From assembly GCA_964629815.1 (NCBI GenBank), contig CAZVTA010000001.1, positions 118,357-182,356 on the forward strand: a DNA stretch of 64,000 nucleotides, given 5' to 3'. The position numbers and the translations under genes are program-made. This DNA comes from an uncultured Candidatus Saccharibacteria bacterium. GTDB lineage: Bacteria; Patescibacteriota; Saccharimonadia; Saccharimonadales; AWTP1-31. Within the stretch, counting starts at the first letter, position 1; every line of letters starts with the position of its first letter. This document shows, piece after piece, positions 1-10,142 of the stretch. Under the pieces are notes generated by a model. It was not told where the DNA came from. It did not search any database and saw only the letters and a list, made by a program, of their open reading frames with translations.

Positions 1-768
1 AATTTCGTCCAGTTTATTCATAGACGTGTAGAGGTTATGAGGCGCGTAACGATTGTTAACCCGCGTGAATGCGCTGCCATTTGCCCCAAAATCTAGGTCT
101 TTAATCTTCTCGTTACGGATTTTGGCTAATGCGTCACCGCTACCGCCGGCATGCACAATTGCTGCGTCGAAACCTTGCACCCAGTCGAGATAATACGGTC
201 GTGCGCTGCGTACGGGACCAATGTAGTCGGGCTGCGCTTCTTGATACAATGCCAAAAAGCGCGTAATGCCACCCTCTGCAATTGCTTCAAAGACGACTCC
301 TGCCTGATTAAGCGAAGATTGTGGCCGTGCATCGGGGCTGTTTTCGATCATAATACCGATAACGGGGCGTTCATTGAGCTCTGGTTTTACTTGCAGGCCG
401 GTTAGTCTGCTTGCTTCCGTGGTCGGTTTTGGTGGCTCTTCTTGTTTCTTGGTAACAGGTTGTGCGACAGGTGCCGGATCTGACTTAAGCAACAAATATC
501 CTGCTAAGGCACCCCCGGCGATGAGCGTCAGAATAGCTACGAAGAAAAGCAGTTGCTTGGGTTTTGATAGGTCTTTGAACCATTGTACTGGGCTTCGGCG
601 TTGTTTCTTGGGAGGTTTGGTATTAGTAGCCCGTGGTATACGCATATCAGATTGCATAATCGCTTTAGTAGTATCAATAGTATCCTTTGCTTCAGGAATT
701 GGATCCGATTCGTTTGGTTGGGGTGTTGTTTGTTTTTTGTTGCGCGGTGGCAGTATGTCGTCATTCAT
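1..768 (-). CDS. DUF3048 (YerB-like) membrane-anchored protein, 3' end outside window
   Basis: Manual translation from ATG at 768 (absent from the ORF track because it has no stop in the window): TM segment, then MIENSPDARPQSSL..AGVVFEAIAEGGITRF..IGPVRSARPYY..HAGGS. Confidence 0.8.
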   Translation of the reverse strand, partial: MNDDILPPRNKKQTTPQPNESDPIPEAKDTIDTTKAIMQSDMRIPRATNTKPPKKQRRSPVQWFKDLSKPKQLLFFVAILTLIAGGALAGYLLLKSDPAPVAQPVTKKQEEPPKPTTEASRLTGLQVKPELNERPVIGIMIENSPDARPQSSLNQAGVVFEAIAEGGITRFLALYQEAQPDYIGPVRSARPYYLDWVQGFDAAIVHAGGSGDALAKIRNEKIKDLDFGANGSAFTRVNNRYAPHNLYTSMNKLDEI

Positions 769-824
769 ATACCGAACATTGTAACAAGCTTATGCTTTAG
801 TTGTATAGCAAAAATAAACGATGT

Positions 825-2267
825 TTACGAGCTGGAACGGACGTTGTCGATTGACGAACTCAGCCGTTGTAGGCTAATTTCTTTACCAAGCAAATGAAGT
901 GTATCTGCAAGTCCAGGGCTGGCCGGTGCCCATGTAGTCGCTACGCGTATAAGGCTAAACAATACTGCCGGCTTTTGTTCGGTTTGGGTCAATAGCTCAT
1001 TCAAACTATTAGTTAGCGATTCAACAGTGAAATCATTTTTTTGTAGCATTGTTTTAGTTGTTTCGAGGAGTTCAATTACCTGGACCTTATCAAGCTTCTT
1101 GAGTTGCTTATGCTCGGAAATGAGCTTCATGTCGACTGGTAGATCGATAAAGAAAAAGTTTGTTAGAGCTGGTAGTTCTGCAAAGAATTTGAGGCGTTCT
1201 TGCACGAGGCCGAGCACCTGTTTTTTGTAGGTATCGTCATACTGTTCAGCTTCTTTAGGCCAATAATTTTTCGCACGTTCGTATAGCTCGTCGAGATTGA
1301 GCTTACGAATATGGGCGCCGTTTAGCCACAGTAGGCGTTGTTCATCGAAGCGTGCTCCGCTACGCCCTACTCTATCGAGGCTAAATTTCTCGATCAGTTC
1401 ATCGATAGTGTAAATCTCTTGCTCGGTGCCATCGTTCCAACCAAGACTGGCGATGAAGTTGATGAGTGCCTCGGGAAGGTACCCGTCTCTAACGTAGTCG
1501 AGCATATCTTTGGCGCCGTCTCGCTTACTGAGCTTCTTTGTACCCGTTGGCCCGAGTATGTGAGGCATAGTTGCTAGAACCGGTCGCTCTATGCCGAGCG
1601 CTTCGTAGAGGTTTAAATAGTTTGGTGTAGATGCAATAAACTCTTGTCCTCGAATAACGTGGGTTATGTGCATCTCGGCGTCATCTACAATATGCGCAAA
1701 GTTGTAGGTTGGAAAGCCATCGGACTTAATGAGTACAAAATCGTCTATTGCCTCCTCTCCTGCAGAAAGGTCGTCCATAACTTCGTCGTGCCAGTGGTAA
1801 TCTTTGGGCTCTGATTTGAATCGCAGTGGTTGTGAGCCATCCCATACTGGCGGATTTTCTGGCCGGTGGTTTCGATAGAGAAACGGTTTTTTTGCGTCTC
1901 GGGCTTGCTGGCGAAACGCTTCTACTTCTGCCGGTGTATATGGGTCGGCATAGGCGCGGCCTGCATCGATTAGCTTTTGTGCCCACGGCTTGTAGGTCTC
2001 TAGTCGTTCGCTTTGCCTGTATGGGCCATACGAACCGCCTGTGTCGGGGCCTTCGTCGTAGTCGAGTCCAAGTGCGCGGAGGCTTTCCATAATGTGTTTG
2101 TCTGCGCCGGCAACTTCGCGTGCTTGGTCGGTGTCTTCAAGACGCAATATAAACTGGCCTTTGTTCTGTCGAGCGAGTAGCCATGCAAAGAGCGCGGTTC
2201 GAATACCACCAACATGCAAATATCCAGTTGGGCTTGGTGCAAAACGTGTACGAACAGTTTTAGACAT
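825..2267 (-). CDS. gltX: glutamate--tRNA ligase
   Basis: RTRFAPSPTGYLHVGG (HIGH-like), LRLEDTD, KKLSKR motifs. Confidence 0.97.
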   Translation of the reverse strand: MSKTVRTRFAPSPTGYLHVGGIRTALFAWLLARQNKGQFILRLEDTDQAREVAGADKHIMESLRALGLDYDEGPDTGGSYGPYRQSERLETYKPWAQKLIDAGRAYADPYTPAEVEAFRQQARDAKKPFLYRNHRPENPPVWDGSQPLRFKSEPKDYHWHDEVMDDLSAGEEAIDDFVLIKSDGFPTYNFAHIVDDAEMHITHVIRGQEFIASTPNYLNLYEALGIERPVLATMPHILGPTGTKKLSKRDGAKDMLDYVRDGYLPEALINFIASLGWNDGTEQEIYTIDELIEKFSLDRVGRSGARFDEQRLLWLNGAHIRKLNLDELYERAKNYWPKEAEQYDDTYKKQVLGLVQERLKFFAELPALTNFFFIDLPVDMKLISEHKQLKKLDKVQVIELLETTKTMLQKNDFTVESLTNSLNELLTQTEQKPAVLFSLIRVATTWAPASPGLADTLHLLGKEISLQRLSSSIDNVRSSS

Positions 2268-2307
2268 ATGACCAATTGTAACAGATTGAAGCTAAATTCT
2301 CATCTGT

Positions 2308-3372
2308 TTAGCGAAGTGCTGCAAGGCGCGTAATCTGGTCGGTAGATAGATCGGTATTACCAGTAAGCGTGAATAAGTTGCCATCCTTGATCCATGAGGC
2401 GCTCTTATTGCCGGCTACAAAAATTGTTATGCCGCCCTTTTCGATGCGCTGATAGTCGTTGGTGTTTTGAGACAAAGTTGCCTCTAACTCGCTCGAATTT
2501 TTATACGCAGACAACTGCTGGTCTACTTGTATCCAGCGGTCGTCGTTGTGCGAAAGATATCGGAAGCTTACCAAACCATGCGAATAGTCGATGGCGTTCG
2601 ACAGAGAAAAACCTGCTGGTGCTGTACCCGGAAGCTGCATGGCAACCCCCGCTTGCTTCGCCGCCATTGCGTAACTTATTTTGGCGCTGTTTTGTACGCC
2701 GATGAATCCGGAAAGAATCACAACTATCGCCACAATAGCCAGAGCGTTGACGCTGCGTTTGGGTTTAAGCGAAAGCTTGGGTGCTTGGTGTGTCGATGCG
2801 TTTACGAGTGCATTGTGCAGTATGCGTTCGGTTGCTGCATGGTTTGTGGAGGCTTTTGGTGTATGCTGTGCTGCCTGAGTTTGGTGAGTGGATTGTGGAA
2901 CCACGGGCGCAGATTTAACAGAAATGCTGCCTTGTTTTTTTATAACTTTAGCAAGACCATGAGTGCCAAATTTTGATATTACCGCACTTTTTGATACTGC
3001 TTGGGCACGCGCAAGCTTGTCGGGGGCAACACTGTGCGCCCGTGGTTTGTTGTGTACGGGTATAGTGTACGCAATGCTACTGGTTGCTTTGATATGCTGG
3101 CTGTGAGGTTTTTTTACCCCGGTACGCATGAGGGTTTGCGCGCTTTTCGTACGGACATGTATGCTCGTAGCCTTCGCTGCTTTATGGTGAATTTGTCGTT
3201 CGGCTGGTTTGTGTTTTGGGGGCGAATGAGGCGTAGTATGCACCTGGATTGGTGTTGTTTTAGGTGCCTGCGGCACAATAGTTGAATTATTGACCGCTGT
3301 TTTGAGCGGCAAGCCACTGATCGCGTCGTATACGCGACCATTGATAACGATAGTTGTTTGTTTTGCGCTCAC
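2308..3372 (-). CDS. hypothetical membrane-anchored protein (basic disordered N-terminus, TM, DUF4367-like C-terminal domain)
   Basis: 354-aa ORF, single TM, C-terminal ASWIKDGNLFTLTG..LS.DQITRLA pattern. Confidence 0.6.
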   Translation of the reverse strand: MSAKQTTIVINGRVYDAISGLPLKTAVNNSTIVPQAPKTTPIQVHTTPHSPPKHKPAERQIHHKAAKATSIHVRTKSAQTLMRTGVKKPHSQHIKATSSIAYTIPVHNKPRAHSVAPDKLARAQAVSKSAVISKFGTHGLAKVIKKQGSISVKSAPVVPQSTHQTQAAQHTPKASTNHAATERILHNALVNASTHQAPKLSLKPKRSVNALAIVAIVVILSGFIGVQNSAKISYAMAAKQAGVAMQLPGTAPAGFSLSNAIDYSHGLVSFRYLSHNDDRWIQVDQQLSAYKNSSELEATLSQNTNDYQRIEKGGITIFVAGNKSASWIKDGNLFTLTGNTDLSTDQITRLAALR

Positions 3373-3513
3373 AGGCGTGTGTTACCCTCAGTACTAAATG
3401 CTTATGCACATATAGTAGCCTTGACAGGCGTAAAACACAAGCATTCTTCAGGTAATTTTGTGCTTGTGTTCTGCAAAATATGGTATAACTAAGGGAGCTA
3501 ACCAGAAACAAAA

Positions 3514-4977
3514 ATGGATTTTTTAGACCCAAAGAAGAAGCGAGCCCACACAAGACGACTTTTTATCGGCTACGGTTTGATTGCAATCGCAATCGCCTTG
3601 GCGTCGTTAGTGCTCTTGTTTACTTCGTATGGATATGACCTAGACAGAAAAACCGGCCAAGTTATCCAGAATGGATTAGTTTTCGTGAACGCCAACCCAG
3701 AGCAAGCAACGGTGTATTTAAATGGTAAAAATGTAGCAAAAACCGATGCACGTCTTACACTGCCAGCCGCGACATACGATGTTGAGTTACGGCGCGAAGG
3801 TTATCGTACATGGAAAAAAACAATTAAGCTCGAAGGTAGCAGCATCGAGCAGCTGGTCTACCCTGTTCTGTTTCCGACTACCTTAACGCCAAAAGATGTT
3901 AAAGCATACGATGCAGCGCCTGCGTTTGCGACACAGTCCCCCGATCGGCGGTGGGTACTAGTGCAAAAACAAGGAGACGTAAATACCTTTGACTTATTTG
4001 ACACCAATGATCCAAAGAAGGCCCCGACTATAGTAAGTCTGCCAGCGGGTGTTGTATCGTCGGGCAAAAACCATACATTTAGTGCAGAGGAGTGGTCAAC
4101 CGATAACCGGCATGTTCTCTTAAAGCATACTTTTGGTGACAGCGTAGAGTTTATTGTTCTCGATAGAGAGACGCCTGCACAATCGCTGAATCTTACCAAG
4201 CAGCTTGGCATAGCTTTTACGTCGATCAGCCTACGCGATAAGAAGTACGATCAGTACTATCTGTATGACAAAGCCACTGAAACGCTAAAGAGTGTTTCGC
4301 TCAAAGATAAAACTGTTAAATCTACTCTCGAACGTGTTATTGCATATAAAAGCCATGGTAGCGATATGCTGCTCTATGCGCAGAAAGACAAAGCCGTATC
4401 GGGTATAACTACAGTTATGGTGCGCAACAATAGTACAGATTACGTGCTGCGCACTAATGCAAAACCTACAGACTACCTGCTAGACTTGGCACAATATGAA
4501 AACCATTGGTATGTTGCAGTTGGTGAAAAGAGTCTTTCCCAGATAGTCGTGTACAAAGATCCTCTCGATACTCTGAAAGCCGGCTCAAAAGCGGCGGTAC
4601 CGGCATTGACTACTATGAAGCTAGAAAACTCCTCTACCCTGAACTTTTCGCAGAATACGCGGTTTATTGCGGCTCAGAATGGTAGTAAGTTTGCGGTGTA
4701 TGACATAGATACAAGTCGCAGGCATTACTTTGATGTCGAGCAATCACTAGCAAGGCCTGCAAGTTGGATGGACGGACATCGATTGGCCTATATCTCTAGT
4801 GGCAAACTGTACGTAGTAGACTTTGACGGTATCAACAAGCAAGAGCTCGTGGCAGTAAATGAAGCGTTTATGCCGTTTTTTGATAGAAATTACGACAGAC
4901 TGTTTACGCTTGGCGCTTCGGCCCAAGACGCAAAGAAAGCCAGCCTGTCTGTGGTTGATCTGCAACTCAACTTGTAA
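3514..4977 (+). CDS. PEGA-domain membrane-anchored protein with beta-rich extracellular region
   Basis: N-terminal TM, then GLVFVNANPEQATVYLNG..L.LPAATYDVELRREGY..W PEGA signature. Confidence 0.8.
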   Translation: MDFLDPKKKRAHTRRLFIGYGLIAIAIALASLVLLFTSYGYDLDRKTGQVIQNGLVFVNANPEQATVYLNGKNVAKTDARLTLPAATYDVELRREGYRTWKKTIKLEGSSIEQLVYPVLFPTTLTPKDVKAYDAAPAFATQSPDRRWVLVQKQGDVNTFDLFDTNDPKKAPTIVSLPAGVVSSGKNHTFSAEEWSTDNRHVLLKHTFGDSVEFIVLDRETPAQSLNLTKQLGIAFTSISLRDKKYDQYYLYDKATETLKSVSLKDKTVKSTLERVIAYKSHGSDMLLYAQKDKAVSGITTVMVRNNSTDYVLRTNAKPTDYLLDLAQYENHWYVAVGEKSLSQIVVYKDPLDTLKAGSKAAVPALTTMKLENSSTLNFSQNTRFIAAQNGSKFAVYDIDTSRRHYFDVEQSLARPASWMDGHRLAYISSGKLYVVDFDGINKQELVAVNEAFMPFFDRNYDRLFTLGASAQDAKKASLSVVDLQLNL

Positions 4978-4988
4978 GTGTAAGTCAG

Positions 4989-6224
4989 CTAATTTCTTAG
5001 CCAGCCTGTAAGCCGAGACCAAAGCGATGGAGCATTGCTAGGTATTATGGCGGGTTGTGTGCCGGCAGCGACTGCAGTGCTGGCTTTATTGCTGTTGGGA
5101 TCGGGCGAGATTTGTTCGCCAATTACGATAAGACGATTAATCGATGTGCCTGGTGGGTCACAAGTTATAAGCGTAGCTGTGGCTGTTTTATCGGTGGCAC
5201 CCAAAACGCCAAGTTCTGTAGGTTTAACAATCTTTTTTTCATAAATACGGTACGCAAATCTGGTGCTATTTTTTGTCAGATAAAATGTATCCCCTACCTC
5301 GAGCTTATTAAGTAGAACAAAGGCAAATTTATATTTACCACTGTTTAGTATGTTGTTGCTGGAGTGGCCAAAAACAACTGCGTTGCCCTTCTCGCCTGGT
5401 TGCGATGTCGTGGCGTAATGAACGACACCTCGTTCGAGTGCTTTTTGAATCGCATGCTCCTCGACAGAGGGTTCGTCGTAGACGGTTGGTATTTCGACAT
5501 TAATTTTAGGAATAATGACTTTTGGTGTTGGGTCAACTGCAGTTGTACTACTGTCGATAATAATTGGTGTTGAACTTACTTGTTTACTGGGGGTTATAAA
5601 CGGAGCGATAAATCGTTCGTTGAAAAAACTAAATAACAAAAGCAGTACAACTACTGAACCAAGACCGAGCCCGAAGAGTATAGACTGGAAATGCTGTTTT
5701 TTACTGAGTCTGCCCTGACTATGCTTGTTGGCTTTTGCAAGGAGTTGCTCTTTAATTTCTCCAATTGTTCTTGGTTCATTTTTATGAGCAAACTTAGGAT
5801 GGGCTTTTTTTGGTTCGGGAGTGCTTACGTGGCCAACAACAGGTCCGCCAGCTTTTTGTTCGTCATGGTCATTTTTTGTTGAAGCTTCCTCTTTGGGCTC
5901 AGCATGAGTGCGTTTTTGTTTGTGTTGGGCATAGAACTCTTGCCATACTTCGTGTTTTTCGTTATCTGGCAGCGCTTCGTAGTATTTGTGCCACGCAGTT
6001 TGAATTTCGGCCAGGGGCATACCCGATTCAGTCAGATTCTTCATGTATGACTGATGCTTGCTTAAGGGTTTTGTCTCATCGATAATTTCTTCGGCTTCTT
6101 CACGAGCATCGGGCTCTTTCTTGTAGATGGCGTTCAGTTTTTGGCGTACTAAATCGGCGGCCAGGTTTGCATCGTTCCCACCGCTTGCGTGTTTGTTACT
6201 ATGTTCGTCTGATGTATCGGTCAT
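4989..6224 (-). CDS. sortase with long N-terminal cytoplasmic extension
   Basis: TM followed by IPKIN, GHS (His), TLITC (Cys), downstream R catalytic residues. Confidence 0.9.
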   Translation of the reverse strand: MTDTSDEHSNKHASGGNDANLAADLVRQKLNAIYKKEPDAREEAEEIIDETKPLSKHQSYMKNLTESGMPLAEIQTAWHKYYEALPDNEKHEVWQEFYAQHKQKRTHAEPKEEASTKNDHDEQKAGGPVVGHVSTPEPKKAHPKFAHKNEPRTIGEIKEQLLAKANKHSQGRLSKKQHFQSILFGLGLGSVVVLLLLFSFFNERFIAPFITPSKQVSSTPIIIDSSTTAVDPTPKVIIPKINVEIPTVYDEPSVEEHAIQKALERGVVHYATTSQPGEKGNAVVFGHSSNNILNSGKYKFAFVLLNKLEVGDTFYLTKNSTRFAYRIYEKKIVKPTELGVLGATDKTATATLITCDPPGTSINRLIVIGEQISPDPNSNKASTAVAAGTQPAIIPSNAPSLWSRLTGWLRN

Positions 6225-6316
6225 GGTACTACTGGAGTATACTCGTTAAGTATAGTACAATTGGCGATGCGATTATACCCCGTTTTATGAGGTAGTCGCA
6301 GTATTATTCATCGCTT

Positions 6317-6404
6317 GCCGCAGTGGTGGAATTGGTAGACACGCTAGACTCAAAATCTTGTGAGCTTTACGCTCGTGACGGTTCAAGTCCGTCCTGCGGC
6401 ACCA
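6317..6404 (+). tRNA. tRNA-Leu(CAA)
   Basis: GCCGCAG/CTGCGGC acceptor stem, GGAATTGGTAGAC D-loop, CTCAAAA anticodon loop, long variable arm, GGTTCAAGTCC, encoded CCA; one T-T mismatch in anticodon stem. Confidence 0.92.
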
Positions 6405-6443
6405 TGATTGACTACATTACGTTTAATAATTACAATCATAAAC

Positions 6444-6683
6444 ATGGCATTAGAATTTGATGAAATCAGGCATATTGATGGCCCAGATGGAGAAGTAATT
6501 AGTGCTAGTATAGAGCCCTGGTCTTGGCCAGAATTTTCTGAAGAACAAGCTAGATGCATTGGTGATTATGCAGTGGCACTCAATAACTCACCTGAATGGT
6601 GGGCACGTCGTCGTGAAAGGGAGTCGTCAAATGAACCGTTTGATCCTACAATCCCTCCAAAGTTAGTTGACTTTAGACAATAA
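6444..6683 (+). CDS. hypothetical protein
   Basis: ATG 7 nt after TACAAT, with TTGACT -35 17 nt upstream; no recognisable motif. Confidence 0.55.
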   Translation: MALEFDEIRHIDGPDGEVISASIEPWSWPEFSEEQARCIGDYAVALNNSPEWWARRRERESSNEPFDPTIPPKLVDFRQ

Positions 6684-6779
6684 TCAATCTTCTCGTATAG
6701 TACAATTGCACCCAGGAAAAGCGAGTCAAATAATAATCCAGTGAGCGCACCAGAAATAATTGCCCTGTTTTGGGCATTT

Positions 6780-7568
6780 TTATATTTCTGCTACGGCTGT
6801 TGTGAGTGCTTCGAATGTTTTGCTCGGGTTTTGGATTTTCCAAACTGCTACAGTTGTTGCTAGTGGCAGCCGCCAAGCTTTGTCGGCAAATTCTTGTGGC
6901 GTAGTACTTACTGTTCCTGAATGAGCTACGTATGTTGTAGATTGGTGATTCATGACAATCGCCACAGAAAATTGTGATGTAAAGTTATGAAGCCATTCCA
7001 CGATATTGAGAAGGCCCAGACTGTATTGGAGCGGAACGGTGTATTTGGCGTCGGTGGCCAGCTTTTGTAATTGTGCTAGCGAAACAACAAGGGTGGTATT
7101 GGGGCGCTGTAATAGTGCAGCAGCGTTAGTCTTGAAATAGTCAGCTGCATCTTTGGTAACGACTAATGCCCCAGTGTATTTATTTACAAATTTTTCGAGT
7201 AAGATTGCTGTTTCGCTGTTTCGGCCTAGATCGCCAGGTAACAATACTCCGTCTGCCCAGGCTGCTTCATCGAGCAGTGTGCCAAGTGCTTTGACGCTAA
7301 AACTACCGCTAGGCGTAGAAGGTGCGAATACACCGGCATGAATAATCTGGCGCATAGAAGCATGAATCGCATCCGGCAACACAACTCGACAGGTGCCTAT
7401 TCCGTGTTTCTCTGCTAGAGCATAGCTTTCGGCAATACTTGCAAGGCCATGCGCATTGCCGCCGATAATGAGTAGTTTACCAGCATGCAGTTTGTTTTCT
7501 GGGCGCGCCCAAATAAGGTCCGGAAAAAGCGGTTCACTCCCCTGTCTTTGCCAGTATGTATGTTCCAT
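6780..7568 (-). CDS. YjeF-C / NnrD-like carbohydrate kinase family protein (divergent)
   Basis: NKLHAGKLLIIGG, ADGVLLPGDLGR, VVTKDA; start chosen at MEHTYW. Confidence 0.75.
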   Translation of the reverse strand: MEHTYWQRQGSEPLFPDLIWARPENKLHAGKLLIIGGNAHGLASIAESYALAEKHGIGTCRVVLPDAIHASMRQIIHAGVFAPSTPSGSFSVKALGTLLDEAAWADGVLLPGDLGRNSETAILLEKFVNKYTGALVVTKDAADYFKTNAAALLQRPNTTLVVSLAQLQKLATDAKYTVPLQYSLGLLNIVEWLHNFTSQFSVAIVMNHQSTTYVAHSGTVSTTPQEFADKAWRLPLATTVAVWKIQNPSKTFEALTTAVAEI

Positions 7569-8256
7569 GCTGGTATTGTAGCGTATAGATGACATTTTTT
7601 CGCTCAACGACAACGTCTCGGTGGTTTGTTGTAGCCCACTCGAACAACCCTTTGTCGGGGTTGAATGCAATCGGTTGATCCACCAGCTGTAGCATGGCTA
7701 TATCGCTTTTGGAGTCACCAACGGCAATACTGTCCTTAAAACTTGCTCCATGTTTCTTAACAAGCAGTTTTAATGATTCGTCCTTGTTGTGGCTTCCTAC
7801 ATGCGACTTGCCAGTAAAATTACCCTGCTTTCGTTCGTAGACAGTGCCGATATAATCGTCAAACCCATAGGTCTTAGCTATTCCCTGTACGAGCTCTGCA
7901 TGCGAACCGGAAATTGCAAATAAAAGATAGTTTTGTTGTTTGAGTGATGTGATGAGGTCGCGCGTGTATACGTATACTTGGTTTTTGTAGCGATCTAAGA
8001 CGCTGCTTACGATTGTATCGAAAGCCTCGGTATCTATGGACGGTGCGCTCGCTTCGTATGCATCGATTAAAACTCGTTCATAATCGGTAAACGCAAAACC
8101 TGCTTCTCGGTTTTTCCAGCGCATACGTGCAGTGCGAACGGTTTGCATACTATCTTCGCTAATATAGCCGGCTTTAGCGAGTGAATCTACGACCGCATGG
8201 TACAACTGCCAACGGATGATAGTCCCATCTATATCGAATGCCGCAAACCGTTTCAT
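7534..8256 (-). CDS. HAD-IB family hydrolase (SerB-like)
   Basis: FDIDGT, ISGS, K, GDSKSD HAD motifs I-IV. Confidence 0.9.
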   Translation of the reverse strand: MKRFAAFDIDGTIIRWQLYHAVVDSLAKAGYISEDSMQTVRTARMRWKNREAGFAFTDYERVLIDAYEASAPSIDTEAFDTIVSSVLDRYKNQVYVYTRDLITSLKQQNYLLFAISGSHAELVQGIAKTYGFDDYIGTVYERKQGNFTGKSHVGSHNKDESLKLLVKKHGASFKDSIAVGDSKSDIAMLQLVDQPIAFNPDKGLFEWATTNHRDVVVERKNVIYTLQYQHGTYILAKTGE

Positions 8257-8257
8257 G

Positions 8258-9055
8258 CTACTTAAGCTCGATGCTTACGGGGCAATGGTCGGATCCCATA
8301 ACGTCTGCATGGATTTCGGCCGCCACAATTCTTTCTTGAAGGGACTTTGAAGCGAGCCAGTAATCTATACGCCAACCAATGTTTCGAGTACGAGCATTTG
8401 CCCAGTGTGTCCACCAAGTGTAGGCCTCGATCTTGTCTGGATATAACGAGCGGAAGGTGTCGATAAAACCTGCATCGAGAAATTTCTGAAAACCCGAACG
8501 TTCTTCGTCGGTAAAACCGTGCTTGCCTATGTTTGGTTTTGGATTTGCGAGGTCGATCTCTTGGTGGGCAACATTTAAGTCGCCACAGAAAAGGACGGGT
8601 TTTGTGGCCTCGAGTTGTTTTACATACGCAAGAAACGCTGGGTCCCAATGCTTTTCGCGAAGCCCGAGCCGCGACAGATCGCCTTTACTGTTTGGTGTGT
8701 AAACGGTAACCACCCAAAAATCTTCAAACTCTGCGGCGATTACCCTTCCCTCGTCGTTTGGGTTACCATAGCTGTCTCCGGTTACAGCATGAGCGCTAAT
8801 GATGTCTTCAGGAAAACCGTCAATATAGCGCAGTGCTTTATGTTTCGAAAAAATTGCCGTGCCACTATAGCCCTTTTTGACGGCACTAAAAAAATGTTCT
8901 TCGTACTGGGGAAGGTCTAGCTCGAACTGTCCCCGTTCGGCTTTGGTTTCTTGTAAACATAGAATATCTGGATCATGTTTTGAAAGAAAATCTTCAAACG
9001 CCCCTTTATTAATTACTGCTCGAATGCCATTTACGTTCCAGGAGTATAGTTTCAT
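8258..9055 (-). CDS. xth: exodeoxyribonuclease III
   Basis: SWNVNGIRA, LQETK, GDLNVAH, GWRIDY, GSDHCP. Confidence 0.96.
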   Translation of the reverse strand: MKLYSWNVNGIRAVINKGAFEDFLSKHDPDILCLQETKAERGQFELDLPQYEEHFFSAVKKGYSGTAIFSKHKALRYIDGFPEDIISAHAVTGDSYGNPNDEGRVIAAEFEDFWVVTVYTPNSKGDLSRLGLREKHWDPAFLAYVKQLEATKPVLFCGDLNVAHQEIDLANPKPNIGKHGFTDEERSGFQKFLDAGFIDTFRSLYPDKIEAYTWWTHWANARTRNIGWRIDYWLASKSLQERIVAAEIHADVMGSDHCPVSIELK

Positions 9056-9134
9056 ACAGACAGTATAGCAGTAATACCAGATAATAAAATTGACACAACA
9101 GTGATATAATTAATTCATAGTTAATGAGGTAACA

Positions 9135-9785
9135 ATGAAAGAAATTGACACTACGCTACTGCATGCGAACGACCTAACATTATCCGAGTGGTCGCATATT
9201 TACACTCTGCAACAAGCAGCGCTAAGGGATGCGATGCCTGACCGTACAGAGGAGCAAATTACGGCAATGCTCGGCAATGGCACGTTTGCACGTTATGTAG
9301 AATCGCGGATAGACCCAAATAGCGAGGTTGGTAAAACTTTTAATGATGACCAATCATATTGGGCACCGCGGGTTGCGATTGCGTTCCGCCGAGATGATCC
9401 AAATCAAAAGCCGATTGGTTATGCTTATGCGGCGGGTAATGTGTCTGGTTCGCGTAAAATAGTGCGCGCTGCGAAACATATAATGCCAAGTAAAAACTAT
9501 TTATGGATGCGGGAGATTGCAGTTGACCCAGATCATCAGCGTCGTGGTATTGCTAAAGAATTGGGTCGCACTTTACTGCGCGATGCTATGCCTTTTCGTG
9601 CGGTTAGTACCTATATTTGGCCTGGCGAGACGCCAGGATTGCAGCACGCACTTGAAACGCTTCGCTTTGTCCCACAAGATGAGCAATATGTTGAAGTATT
9701 TGGTGAAGGTTCGTATCGTATTCGGCAAGTACGTATGGTTGCCCCGCGCGTTGGACGTGTTCTTGGCGCACTTAAAGACAGCTAA
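9135..9785 (+). CDS. GNAT family N-acetyltransferase
   Basis: EIAVDPDHQRRGIAKEL acetyl-CoA binding motif A. Confidence 0.8.
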   Translation: MKEIDTTLLHANDLTLSEWSHIYTLQQAALRDAMPDRTEEQITAMLGNGTFARYVESRIDPNSEVGKTFNDDQSYWAPRVAIAFRRDDPNQKPIGYAYAAGNVSGSRKIVRAAKHIMPSKNYLWMREIAVDPDHQRRGIAKELGRTLLRDAMPFRAVSTYIWPGETPGLQHALETLRFVPQDEQYVEVFGEGSYRIRQVRMVAPRVGRVLGALKDS

Positions 9786-9825
9786 CATTATTTGATGCGC
9801 GAACGTTAGTTGGTACACTGTTTCT

Positions 9826-10035
9826 ATGAATATTGATAGTGGCAAGCCAAATCATCCAGCACATATACCCGACGAGGGATACGAACGGTTCGATGCAACG
9901 AGCGGCGAACGATATGTTACCTCGGGTATGCCGGTACACCCAGATTTGTACCGTACAGCAACTCGGTATGCAATCAGCCAAATTGATAGTCGTTTTGTCC
10001 GTGATGAGATTGAACAGCCTGCCGATCAAAAGTAA
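9826..10035 (+). CDS. small hypothetical protein
   Basis: ATG 6 nt after TACACT; no motif. Confidence 0.4.
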   Translation: MNIDSGKPNHPAHIPDEGYERFDATSGERYVTSGMPVHPDLYRTATRYAISQIDSRFVRDEIEQPADQK

Positions 10036-10142
10036 GTCTTGTTGGACCAATTGTGTGAATGACGGTGGTTATAATTGAAGATTTTAAAACCGGTAGCCAT
10101 TAGAGGGATTCATGCGAGCGCCTGCGGATTGAAAACCGTAAT

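Noticed and set aside
6347-6360. tRNA-Leu as a pseudogene because of a T-T mismatch in the anticodon stem
   Set aside because: All other arms and the CCA are intact; single mismatches are tolerated
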